Shown one piece after another: positions 1-11,100 of a stretch of 64,000 bases of DNA (within the stretch, counting starts at the first letter, position 1; each line of letters begins with the position of its first letter). Origin of the DNA: an uncultured Candidatus Saccharibacteria bacterium (GTDB lineage Bacteria; Patescibacteriota; UBA1384; CAILIB01); assembly GCA_964593885.1 (NCBI GenBank), contig CAZQKK010000001.1, positions 361,929 to 425,928 on the forward strand, in the 5' to 3' direction. Made by a program: the position numbers and the translations under genes. Under the pieces are notes generated by a model. It saw nothing but the letters and a program-made list of their open reading frames with translations, did no database searches and was not told where the DNA came from.

Positions 1-2436
1 TTCCCACACGCACGTACAGATACCCCGAAAGCGCTACAGGTTGGCAAGCAGACGTCTGTTGCCAGGTTTGTCAGGGTTACCCTCCTGGCAGGTTTTTTGG
101 TGCTCAGTTCACTGGTTGGGAGTGCTCCTCTCCAGGTTCAAAAGGCTCAGGCAGCTGCAGGGGTTCCTTACGCTTTCTCCTACCAGGGTAGGCTCTACGA
201 CAGCTCGGGCAACCTCCTTGGAGGATCTGGAACAACCTACTGTTTCAAGTTCTCTCTCTGGGACCACACCACACCTGGATCTGGCTCACGTATTTGGCCA
301 ACAGGAGCGCCTGGGGCGGCTCAACTCACCGTGAAGTACGGGGTATTTACCGCAAATGTGGGTATTGACACCCCAGACCCGCTCACCTTCAACTTCTACG
401 ACAACGATGCTGTCTACCTCCAGGTTGAGGTTGCTGCGTACAGTGGTGGTTGTGGAACGTACGAGACACTTTCGCCACGTAAGCGAATGGTTGCTTCAGG
501 GTACGCTATCAACTCAGATCTCCTAGATGGTGCCACTTCTGGTACGGCCGCAAACAACATCCTCAAGCTCGATGCTAGTGGAAATGTGGGCCTAACTGCT
601 ACCAACCCAAGTGTGCGGGCAAGCAGTACCAATACCCTCACTATCCAGGGAGGTGGTGCTACGGGTGATCTCCAGTTCTTCAGCTCATCAAACAAAATTA
701 CCTCAGCTGGCGCGCTCACCCTTGCTGGTGGTGCTACATTGGGAGGTGGGCTCTCAGCTACCACAGGTGGCTTCTCTGGAGCGATTACCGGTACTAGCGC
801 AAGCTTTAGTTCTGCAAGTGGTATTACCCTTGGTACCGCCTCTTCGGCAAACGGAACGATTGTCCTTCAAAACTCCACCAACGCAAATACCCTCACCATT
901 GCCAGTGGGGCAACCAGTACCAGCTACGCACTCAGCCTGCCAGCGGCGCAGGGAACATCCAACACCGTCCTCAGAAACGACGGTAGTGGAAACCTCACAT
1001 GGGTAACCCTCTCAGCCACCGCCTGTAGCAACTGTATTCTGAACGATGGAACTGCTACCAATGTCACCAACAGCATCGCACCAACCAGCGATATTGTTTC
1101 ACTCCAGGTGAAGCAGACCACAGCAGGGAGTCCTACTAGCAACATCTTTGAGGTTGAGGATAGTGCCGGAAGTGCCCAGTACCTGAAGGTTGATAGCGCA
1201 GGCTCAGTGGTAATGGCTCCAACCGCTGGACAGGCGCTCTTCATGAACATTGCCGCCGGTGCCTACTCAAGGGTGGCAGCAACTGCGGCGCCCACCACCA
1301 GTCTCTTTCAAGTCACCAACACTGGCCAAGCCACCACAACCGCAAATGCCAACGGCATTAGTGTTGACTACGTTGGGGGAGCGGCAGCAGTTGAGGGATC
1401 TGGTGTGAGAATAGATGTGAACCCAGGTAGTACTAGTGGGGGAACCTGGAACGGCATGCGGTTTGTCGCAAACTCAACTGGACCGGTATCAGGGGTTGCC
1501 CTCAACGGGTTGAAGCTTGATGGACCATCTAGTCCAGGTGCCGGAACTGAGACAGCTATCAATATTGGGACTGGCTGGGATGTGGGGTTGAGTATCCAGT
1601 CTGGAGGGATAAAACTAACTGAAATTGCTGATCCAGGTACACCTGCTGCGAATGACCTGCTTGTGTACGCAAGTGACTTTGGCGGAAGAACAATGCTTAA
1701 AGTGAAAAGCTCCTCAGGGGTGCAGTACAGCCTCCAGCCAAGTTTGTTTGAGAACAACGTAGCAATGATCTCGCCAAACACTACTACCTCTGTTTCTACA
1801 ATCGGAACAGCAGTTACCTCAACAGGTACGCTTTCTCACCCAGCGGCAACCGAAGCAACAGGGTTCATGACCAACTTTGTTAGTGGTGCGGTGGCAGGAA
1901 ACACGGCTGGTACCGGTACCGCTGCAACAAACTTCTTTAGAGGTTCTACTGCTGGAGCAAATGGCTGGTTCTTCTTTGCAAGGCTCTACTTCCCGGATTC
2001 ACTCGCAAGCTACGCTCACCTCACGACAGGGTCTCGTATCTTTGTTGGTCTCACCAACCAGACCATGGCAACTGCAGTAGGTGCTGATAACCCAGTGGGA
2101 CACCGAGCTGGTTTCTCCTTAGTTCCTGCTCGTGATACCACCGCCTTCAACTGGAAGTTTAGTACCAAGGATAACACCACAGAGAGCGTTGCAGACCTGG
2201 GTGTCGCCTTTGCAGCTTCCAAGGTCTATGACTTCTACATCTACGTAGCGCCTCAGGGGTCAACCATCTACTACAGGCTTGATAATCTCACCGATAGCGT
2301 TACCACTAACGGTTCAACCTCAAGTAACCTGCCAGGGACCACCACTGCGCTCAGAGCAGGGTTCCAAATTGCAACCCTCAATGCTGTCGCTAAGAACGTG
2401 AGGATGCAGCGTGTCTACGTCGGAACAGATAGGTAG
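1..2436 (+). CDS. Large Gly/Ser/Thr/Ala-rich secreted surface protein (5' partial, >810 aa).
   Basis: The reading frame is open from nt 1; the TTG at 97 in the ORF track lies inside a hydrophobic signal-like segment (RFVRVTLLAGFLVLSSLVGSAPLQVQKAQA), so the true start is upstream of the window. The protein has low-complexity G/S/T/A repeats and a C-terminal beta-rich region. Confidence 0.5.
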   Translation, partial: FPHARTDTPKALQVGKQTSVARFVRVTLLAGFLVLSSLVGSAPLQVQKAQAAAGVPYAFSYQGRLYDSSGNLLGGSGTTYCFKFSLWDHTTPGSGSRIWPTGAPGAAQLTVKYGVFTANVGIDTPDPLTFNFYDNDAVYLQVEVAAYSGGCGTYETLSPRKRMVASGYAINSDLLDGATSGTAANNILKLDASGNVGLTATNPSVRASSTNTLTIQGGGATGDLQFFSSSNKITSAGALTLAGGATLGGGLSATTGGFSGAITGTSASFSSASGITLGTASSANGTIVLQNSTNANTLTIASGATSTSYALSLPAAQGTSNTVLRNDGSGNLTWVTLSATACSNCILNDGTATNVTNSIAPTSDIVSLQVKQTTAGSPTSNIFEVEDSAGSAQYLKVDSAGSVVMAPTAGQALFMNIAAGAYSRVAATAAPTTSLFQVTNTGQATTTANANGISVDYVGGAAAVEGSGVRIDVNPGSTSGGTWNGMRFVANSTGPVSGVALNGLKLDGPSSPGAGTETAINIGTGWDVGLSIQSGGIKLTEIADPGTPAANDLLVYASDFGGRTMLKVKSSSGVQYSLQPSLFENNVAMISPNTTTSVSTIGTAVTSTGTLSHPAATEATGFMTNFVSGAVAGNTAGTGTAATNFFRGSTAGANGWFFFARLYFPDSLASYAHLTTGSRIFVGLTNQTMATAVGADNPVGHRAGFSLVPARDTTAFNWKFSTKDNTTESVADLGVAFAASKVYDFYIYVAPQGSTIYYRLDNLTDSVTTNGSTSSNLPGTTTALRAGFQIATLNAVAKNVRMQRVYVGTDR

Positions 2437-2439
2437 GCT

Positions 2440-2856
2440 ATGAAGGCAGCGAGTATCTCCACATTCCTGATGGTTGCAGGAGCTGCCGTGCTTGGTGCAG
2501 GGTTAGTTATTGGAGCCGGTTACCTTGATCTCCTACCAAAGAACCAGCAAATTGCAGGCGTTACCCCTTCTCCTAAGCTTGAGATTGACCAAATCCTCGA
2601 GAAGCTAGAGGCTTCGCTTGAGCTCCCAAAAAGTGAGGTACCTTCGCTAGCCACGGTGACCGATCCCACCAAGCTCACTGATCAACCTTTCTTTAAGCGG
2701 GCTGAGGTAGGTGATAAGGTACTCCTCTACACAGAAGCAGGGAGAGCCGTTCTCTATCGCCCAAAAACGGGTAAGGTGATAGAGATAGGTCCATTTGTGC
2801 TCACCAACCCCTCCAGCAACCCACTCCTCACCGCAACTCCTCCAACGGGGAAATAG
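2440..2856 (+). CDS. Small N-terminally membrane-anchored hypothetical protein.
   Basis: ATG start 4 nt after the upstream stop, and one N-terminal TM helix (FLMVAGAAVLGAGLVIGAGYL). Confidence 0.4.
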   Translation: MKAASISTFLMVAGAAVLGAGLVIGAGYLDLLPKNQQIAGVTPSPKLEIDQILEKLEASLELPKSEVPSLATVTDPTKLTDQPFFKRAEVGDKVLLYTEAGRAVLYRPKTGKVIEIGPFVLTNPSSNPLLTATPPTGK

Positions 2857-2857
2857 C

Positions 2858-3937
2858 ATGCATACCAGGAAGATCCTCAGTACTCTCGCTGCAATCCTCC
2901 TCCTCACCATGGGGAGTGTTGCGGTTGCTGAAGATTTCTCTTCCGGTAGCTTTACAGTGAAGGACCCAGTTATCGGGCAGGGAGCACTAAATAACGCGAG
3001 TAGCTCAAGCTACCAAAACTCAGGTGGGAGTGGTGATGCTGCCTCTGGTAATAGCAGCTCGGGAAGTTTTGGAGCTGAATCTGGAGGGCAAGAGTTTGAT
3101 ACCACCGAACCAGTTACGGGTACGGTAAGTGACGGTGCAGGAGCAGATGTTGATTCCCAGACGAGCATGACCACCATCCAGGCAAACTGGAGCGGTTGGA
3201 GTGATCCGGAATCAGGTATCTCCCTGTATGAGTATAAGCTCCAACGAGAGGTTGATAACCAGTGCTGGGATGCAACGGGGAACAGCTGGTCAGCCTGCAA
3301 CGTCTGGAACGCAAATGGTACCAGTACCAGCTACAGTTCAAGTCACGCAAACCTCGCTCTGAGGACTGGGACAAACTACATCACCTGTGTGAGGGCGACC
3401 AACAACGCCAACCTCGTGAGTAGCGCCGTCTGCTCGGATGGGGTAGGAATTAGCCCAAGTACCACCCTTTCGTACAGCACCACAGCAAACATCCCAGCTC
3501 TCAACCCGGCAAACAGCTGGAACGCCACCGCAAATACGGTGATTACCATCGTTACCAACGCCTACAATGGGTACATTGTGTACGGCTCAAAGACAGACCT
3601 GCTTCGCTCCCTTTCCTCACCCTCTAAGACCATTTCAGACATCTCTGATGGTGGCTGTAGCGGGTCTGCGGTGCCTTGGCCAGGAGGTGGGGGGTTTGGC
3701 TTCACCAGTTCAGATGACATTGACGGCAACAAGTTCACCACCGCTACCAAGTACTGCAACTTTCCTACCACCATCACTCCAACGCTCGGTAGGCAGGTGG
3801 CAGACAGGGTTTCGGCAATTACCGGCGCAGCAGCTACCGACAACCACACCATTACCTACCGAACCCAGGTAACCACGGCTCAGGAATCTGGTCAGTACCA
3901 GACCGGTATCATTTACACCATTATCCCGCAGTACTAA
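2858..3937 (+). CDS. Secreted Ser/Gly-rich Cys-containing hypothetical protein.
   Basis: ATG at 2858 preceded by GGGGAAA. Signal peptide MHTRKILSTLAAILLLTMGSVAVA. The stop overlaps the next start (TAATG). Confidence 0.5.
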   Translation: MHTRKILSTLAAILLLTMGSVAVAEDFSSGSFTVKDPVIGQGALNNASSSSYQNSGGSGDAASGNSSSGSFGAESGGQEFDTTEPVTGTVSDGAGADVDSQTSMTTIQANWSGWSDPESGISLYEYKLQREVDNQCWDATGNSWSACNVWNANGTSTSYSSSHANLALRTGTNYITCVRATNNANLVSSAVCSDGVGISPSTTLSYSTTANIPALNPANSWNATANTVITIVTNAYNGYIVYGSKTDLLRSLSSPSKTISDISDGGCSGSAVPWPGGGGFGFTSSDDIDGNKFTTATKYCNFPTTITPTLGRQVADRVSAITGAAATDNHTITYRTQVTTAQESGQYQTGIIYTIIPQY

Positions 3938-4899
3938 TGCTCCTACTTCGCCCAGCAAGCGCCATCGTAGGGGTTCTGCTGGTTTTGGGTCTCTTCGCCC
4001 CGTACCGCGCCCCACAGCGCGCCCATGCTGAAGGTAGGGTGAACCTGAGGATAGCGCCGGTACTGATAGAGGATGAGGCAAATCCAGGCGAGACCATTAC
4101 CCGGATGATCAGCGTTGAGAACCTCTCAAACGAGATTCTCCCTGTTCAGGCATTTGCGGCAGATGTCTACAGTATTGATGAAGCAGGGAGGCTTGGGGTA
4201 GATGGCTCAGCAGGGAGTAGCTCGGCTAAAGATTGGTTCAGGTTTGATAGGGAAATGATTCTCGATCCAGGCGTCGAGCGGCAAATTGAAGTAGCAATTG
4301 TCATCCCAAAGAATGCCCAGCCTGGTGGGAGGTACGTCTCGGTGTTTGTGAATCCACTTGCCGACAACGTAACCGAGAGTGGGACCAGTAAGCTCAACGT
4401 TCAATCCCAGATTGGGGTGCTCTTCTTCCTCACCGTGAAGGGAGACGTGCTGAAACGAGGGGAGATCAGTTCCTTCAGTATCCCTTGGGTGAACATCGGG
4501 GGCGAAGTACCAATGAAGGCATCGCTCAAGAATACTGGAAACGTCCACCTGAGACCTCACGGGGTAATTGTGGTCAGGAACATCCTGGGGCTCACCACCG
4601 ATGAGGTGAACATTGAAGACTACGGATCAATCTCAGCGTTACCAGGAAAAGTTCGTACAACTACTGCTAGGTGGGAGGGTGCTTTCCCCATAGGCATTTA
4701 CCGGGCAGAGCTAACGCTCACCAATGGCCCGGGGTTCAGGCTCACTGCGTCTAGGTGGTTTGTGGTTTGGAACATCTGGCTCCTTGTTGTGATGCTGCTT
4801 GCGGGGTTCTTTGGGTGGTTGTACTGGTACACAAACGGCAAGGCATACCGTAGGAGGAGGGTAGCAAAGCGACAGATTTCCCGACACAGACGGATTTAG
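3937..4899 (+). CDS. Cell-surface protein with signal peptide and C-terminal TM anchor plus polybasic tail.
   Basis: N-terminal signal peptide, beta-rich ectodomain, and C-terminus WNIWLLVVMLLAGFFGWLYWY followed by RRRRVAKRQISRHRRI. A resemblance to the DUF916/DUF3324 'DufA' architecture is tentative. Confidence 0.5.
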   Translation: MLLLRPASAIVGVLLVLGLFAPYRAPQRAHAEGRVNLRIAPVLIEDEANPGETITRMISVENLSNEILPVQAFAADVYSIDEAGRLGVDGSAGSSSAKDWFRFDREMILDPGVERQIEVAIVIPKNAQPGGRYVSVFVNPLADNVTESGTSKLNVQSQIGVLFFLTVKGDVLKRGEISSFSIPWVNIGGEVPMKASLKNTGNVHLRPHGVIVVRNILGLTTDEVNIEDYGSISALPGKVRTTTARWEGAFPIGIYRAELTLTNGPGFRLTASRWFVVWNIWLLVVMLLAGFFGWLYWYTNGKAYRRRRVAKRQISRHRRI

Positions 4900-4922
4900 T
4901 GTTTAGTGTATTAAACTTACCA

Positions 4923-4953
4923 AATATACGCTCCAGTAAGCGTATATTTTTTG
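4923..4953 (+). terminator. Rho-independent terminator after the surface-protein operon.
   Basis: AATATACGCT-ccagta-AGCGTATATT hairpin followed by TTTTTTG. Confidence 0.6.
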
Positions 4954-5119
4954 TTTATAGCTAAGAACAGCAATTTACAGGTTCAAACTTCCACTTTTCA
5001 GGTTAACTATCTAGCTCAATTTCACCTTAGACTAAAGACTACTCCTAGAGCAGGTTATCCCTCTCTGCAAACCTGCGGGGGGTTAAAATGCTCGATTTTG
5101 CAGGTTCGTTCTCGGTATA

Positions 5120-8100
5120 ATGACAGAGATGCGAAGTTCAGACACGATTTTCGAGGTTCAGGCACTCCCGCCAAAGCACCGTCCGCTCAAGCGAGCGCAC
5201 CATCTTTTGATGTCCAAGGGTGGTACTTATCACCGCTGGCACCAGCACCCTCACCACAAGAAAATTCACTGGGCCATCTTCGGACACTACGTAGCTGCCA
5301 TTGCCATAGTTGGGGCCCTCGTTCTCCAGGGTGGCTTTGGGTCTACCGCCCTTGCAGCTCCGCTCACCTACACGGTTTCAAACAAGGATGCCTGGAACCA
5401 GGGAACCCTAAGTAATACTGACAGTGAAACTACCGCTGGAGACCTCAAGGTTGCCCCAGATGGTGCTTGGACAGCCAGAACCTGGAAAACCCCACCAGAA
5501 ACCCTCACGCTAGGGGCGGCATTTGCCACTGATGACACTGACGTTTTTGTCCTCAAGGGTAACGGAGACAACGCTTTCTGGAAGTACTCGCCAACCCTCA
5601 ACACTTGGTCGGTGCTCACAAACGCTCCATACGGTGCCTACGGTTCAAGCTTGCGGATGGGCGGAGCAGATACGCTCTACGCCATCTTTGGTGGCTACAT
5701 CGCAAAGTTTGCCAAGTACACCATCTCAACTAACACCTGGACGCTACTAGCAGATCTACCTGATACCGTGTTCAACGGCTCAACACTCGGGTGGACTGGG
5801 TCTGCCCTCTACCTGCTGCGCGCCGGTGGCACCCAAGATTTCTGGCTCTATGATACGGCACTTGATTCTTGGTCTTCGGTGGCAGGTCCTCCAGCCACGG
5901 TTGGCTACGGAGCTGACCTAATTTGGGATGGTTCAACGTACTTCTACACCCCAAGGGGGGCTGGTACTAACACCATCTACCGGTTCGCTCCTGGTACCAG
6001 CACGTGGTCAACCATGAGTACCAACTACAGTACCACCATCAGTGAAACCTCGTTTGGGGTCTACTACTCAGGTGCCCTCTACTTCATGCGCGGTACCAAT
6101 ACCGCAAACTTTGACAGGTGTACTATTAGCGCGCTCACCTGTAGTGGGGGAGCATGGACGGCGCTCACCGCGTTTCCAGCGGCAACCCGCTACGCCGGCA
6201 TGGTCTACATCCCAAGTCTCACCCAGTTCCTCGTATTCAGAGGAAATACCACTATGGAGCACTGGCGGTACAACATTGCCGGCAACAGCTTTGTTGGACC
6301 AGCAGCGTACCCAGCAACAACCGGTACCGGGAATGATTTACTCTGGGATGGATCAGATACGGTGTACAGTCTGCGAGGAGGGAATACCAATAACTTCTAC
6401 AAGTACACAATCTCTACCAATACCTGGGCAGCCCTGACGGTTACTGGTCTTGGCACCATCAACAGTGATAGTACCAACCTGGCAAAGAGCGGAAACTACG
6501 TTTATGCCCTGAGAGGTAACGGTACCAATACGCTCTACCGGTACGATGTCACTAACGATGCAGGTGGCTGGACAACCATGACCAACGCCCCAGCTACCAT
6601 CGCTGATGGTGGTGACTTTGTGTACCCGGGGAGTGGGAGCTACATCTACGCAACGAGAGGTACAAATACGGTAAGCTTCTACGCCTACCACATTGGGAAC
6701 AACAACTGGACCACCCTAGATCCAACTGATCCGGGAGTTGCGGTGAGTACGGGGGGAAGGCTTGTGAGCGATGGTACCAACGTCTACATGAACCCAGGCT
6801 TGGGTAACACCAATCTCTACCGCTATAACGTTGCAGGCAACAACTGGACTACCCTCAGTAGGATGCCATTTGCTCCCTACTACGGTTTTGATTTTGCGTA
6901 CAACAGCGGCAAAATCTACGCCACCGCGGGCAACTACGCTAACACCTTCTGGGAGTACAACATTGCGGGCGGCACCTGGAGGCAGCTCAAGTCAACCCAG
7001 AACGATACCACCAACGAACGCGGTTTCTACAACGGTGCTGCCATTGAGTACATTGGTTCAAACACCATCTTGGCAACCAGGGGAGCAGGGAGTTCCGAGG
7101 TCCTCAGCTTTAGTACGGGAAGCTACGAGTACGCAGCAACCGGAACCTACGTTTCGCAAACTTTAGACCTCTCCTACGTCGCCAGCTGGAATAGCCTGAC
7201 CCTTTCCACCTCAATTCCAAGTGGAGCTGCGGTAAGCTCGGATACCCGCACCAGTGCCGATGGGAGTACCTGGTCTTCGTGGGCTGCCGTCAGTGGTACC
7301 ACCATTAGTTCGCCCACCAACCGCTACCTCCAGATTAGAATAAATCTCACCGCCGGAACGGGAAGGTCTACTACTCCTACGGTTAGTGATTACGTACTCT
7401 CGTACAATACTGATGAAGCGCTTCCTACTAACCCGGCCACCTTTACCTGTAACTCGCAGGATGTGGGGGGTGTTGCGCTTACCTCTGGTAATACCTATAC
7501 CTACCCTAAACCATCGTGTAGCTGGACTGCTGGGAGCGATGGGGAGTCTGGTTTGGCTGGCTACTACGTCTACTTTGGTACCAACGCAAGTGCCGATCCA
7601 GCATCACTTGGGTGGCAGCAAACGGCTACTACCTATACGGTAGAGCAGCCAATTAGTGCAGGAACCTACTACCTGAGGGTTGCTTCTGTAGATGCTAAGA
7701 ACAACGTAGCAACAGCAACCACTGGCTTTACCTACGTCTATGCTGGTGTTTCACCCCCAACAACGGTAACTAAAACGCTTACCGCAGACTTTAGTGGGGG
7801 AACCGAGTCAAACGTAGTTACCACTTCAGACCAAATTAGGCTCACCAGTAAGGCTGGTTTCTGGCAGGAAGAGCGGCTCACCGCGGTACCTGCTGGTGTG
7901 GGAGCTGGAGCTGGGATGGTCTACAAATCAACCACTGGGCTCATCTACGTGCTACGTGGAAACGGTACCAACACCTTCTACTCGTACAACCCAACCACTG
8001 ACGCATGGGTAACGCTCAGTAGTACCAACTTGCCAGTGGTAAACGTCGGAGGCATGCTCGTTAACGGACCAGGAAACTACCTGTACGCTCATGCCGGTAA

Positions 8101-11100
8101 CAGTACCCAGAAGATGTATCGGTACGATATCACCAACGACGCCGCGGGGTGGGATGACCTGAGCGCCGAAGATTCTCCTTCTGCCTTTTCTACAGGCGGG
8201 TTCATGGTCAGTAATGGTACCTACATCTACGCCATGCGTGGAAACAACGATGATGCCTTCTATCGCTACGATCCTGCAACCACCAGCGATGGACAGTGGA
8301 CTACCATGGCAAACGTGGACTTTGGTTTCCCAACGGTGGGCCAAAACAACATTCCAACCACTGGTGCCGGTCTGGCATTTGATGGTGCCAGTAGCATCTA
8401 TGCAATTCAAGGTAATGGTCAATCTGGTGGGTTTGCTAAGTACAACATTGGGAGCAACACCTGGACACAGCTCTACAGTACGCCTCTCCCAATCATGCCA
8501 AATGCCGGAGCTTTCATTGCCTGGGATCCAGATCTCCAGAAGCTGCTCTACAACGCTGGAGCAATCTCAACCAAGACCTACCTCTACGACCCTGCTAACC
8601 CAGGTTGGACGGCGGTAGCTTCCGCTCCTGCCCAGATGAGTACCGGTGCCTTTGCCTTCAAGCAGGGGACGAAGTTCTACGTCTTGAGGGGTGGAAATAA
8701 CACCCAGATGTACACCTACAACTCAGCCAAGAACACCTGGCGTGTACCTGCAGCCGGCCTCTTCGGCTACAACTACGCAAGTGGTAGCAACTTTGGGGTT
8801 GGGTACGGAGCTGACATGATTACTGCTTCAGATGGCACTGTCTATGCTACCAGGGGTAACTACTCTTCAGACTTCATTAAGTACAACCCAACCACAGGGG
8901 CGGTTACCCGTTTGAGTAACCTACCTTCGGGTGTCTACCTAGGAGGTTCGCTGGTCTACCGGGCAAATACCCAGCAAATCTATGCAACTGTGGGAACTGG
9001 TACCAACAATGGTACTGCCTTCTTCATCTACACCATCTCCACCGATACGTGGGCAGAGCAAACCTCAGACCCACTTCCTATCATTGCTGGGGCGGGCTCT
9101 TCTATGGCTTACGACGGTTCACGCTACATCTACTACACGCGAGCAGGTACCTCTACCGGTTGGTACCGCTACGATACCTCTGCTTCAGTTGGGGCAAGGT
9201 GGTCAGCGGCCCTCCCTACCACTAACTTGCTCAACCTAGACTACGGTTCAGACCTCGTGTACCGCAGCGGCTACATCTACACACTTCGTGGTAGCAACGT
9301 CAATCCAAACATTCTCTACAGGTTTGATACCACCGCTCTTCCTGGTGGAACCTGGACAGCGCTTGCCTCAATTCCAAACCCAGTCTACAACGATGGCTTC
9401 ATGGTTGATGGTGGAAACGGTTACCTCTATGCAGCACGTGGTATCAACACTAACAGCGTCTATCGTTACGACATTGTAGGAAACACGTGGGCAACCGTAG
9501 CAAACTTCCCAGGTCAGGTTTCTATCGGAGGTGAGGGAACCACTAATGGTACTAGCAAGATCTACTCCTTCGCTGGGCAGGGAACCGCTACCTGGACAGA
9601 CGCTATCTACAGCTACGTTATTCAGAGCAGTAACTCTAGCTTTGAAGAAACTGGTTCATACACCTCACCTTCAATAGACCTCTCAACTGTCTACAAGTGG
9701 GCAAACCTCACGGTGGACTACACGGTGCCAAGTAACGGTGGGGTAACCATCGAAACCCGTAGTTCTGCTGATAATAGTTCATGGTCAGGTTGGGCAAGTA
9801 CCGGTACTGGTCAGCGCAACGGTACAACCTACACCTACGCCATTTCATCTCCTTACAACCGCTACATCCAGGTGAGATTCAGTCTCAGCTCCACCGATGG
9901 TGTCTTCAGTCCTACGGTGAGTAGCTTCCAGGTTAACTACTACCAAGATACTACTGCTCCTACTAACCCTACTGCTCTTGCGCTGGCAAAGTCACAGGCT
10001 TCTGGCGGAGTGAACATCACATCTGATACCTGGTACAACTACAGCGCCCCGTACTTTGAGTGGCCTGCCGCTGGCGACGTGAACGGTGCCGCAGATACAG
10101 CAGGTGGCAGTGGAGTAGCTAACTACTACGTCTACTACGGCACAGATAACACGGCAGTTCCAAGTACTGCTGGGGTGCTCCAGAGTGGGCGAAGCTACAC
10201 GGCGGGAGCAATGAGTAGCGGGCAGACGTACTACCTGAGAATCCAGACTGTAGACGATGCGGGTAACATTCAGGGAGCTATTTGGGATGCCTACACCTAC
10301 AAGCTTGATACTACGGCACCTACGAACCCAGGAAGTATTGGGGTAAATCCAGTTGGCTACACCAACGTAGACTCGTACACGTTTACCATTTCAGGTGGAG
10401 CTAGTGACGCAAACTCTGGTCTCCTCAAGTACCAGTACCGCACTGGGGCAGATGGTGCCAATACCTGGTACGACGTCTCGCCAGCTCTCAGTGCAACGGT
10501 AACACTCCCAGATGGTGCCCATACCCCCGCCCACTATGTAGACGGGGCAAATGTCTTCTACTTGAGAACTGTTGATGCTGCAGGCAACGTCGCTCCAACC
10601 CCAATTTCGGTGCAGTACTACTTTGGGAGCAGCGCTCCTTCGCCACCAACAAACCTTCAGGTAACACCAGCTACCAACACTACCAACTCGTTTACCTTTG
10701 AGTGGGAAGATCCAGCTGCCTTCATTGGTGAAGCCAATAAGCTTACCTACTACTACAGCGTCAACACCCTTCCAAATGAGTTCAATACCAATAGTACTAC
10801 TGCAAAGGCTGTGGGGCCTGCTCCATTTGCCAGCCAGCGTGGCACTAACCGCTTCTACGTTGTTGCTAAAGATGAGGCAGGTAACATTGACTACGACCAG
10901 TACGCCTATGTAGACTTCACCGCTGATACCTCAGCTCCTCCTGCACCTACTGCGGTTACCGCAAGTGATATCTCAAACAAAGAGGGAGGCGAGTTTAGGC
11001 TGGTTATCTCTTGGCTGGTTCCTACCATTACCGACCCTAACAACTTCAACGGGTACGACATTTACGCTGCCTCTGACGAAGCCGGTCCTTACACAAAGAT

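Noticed and set aside
41-334. 97-aa ORF overlapping the 5' end of the large surface-protein gene in another frame.
   Set aside because: The in-frame reading of the large gene is open from nt 1 and contains a signal peptide; the overlapping ORF is a frame artefact.
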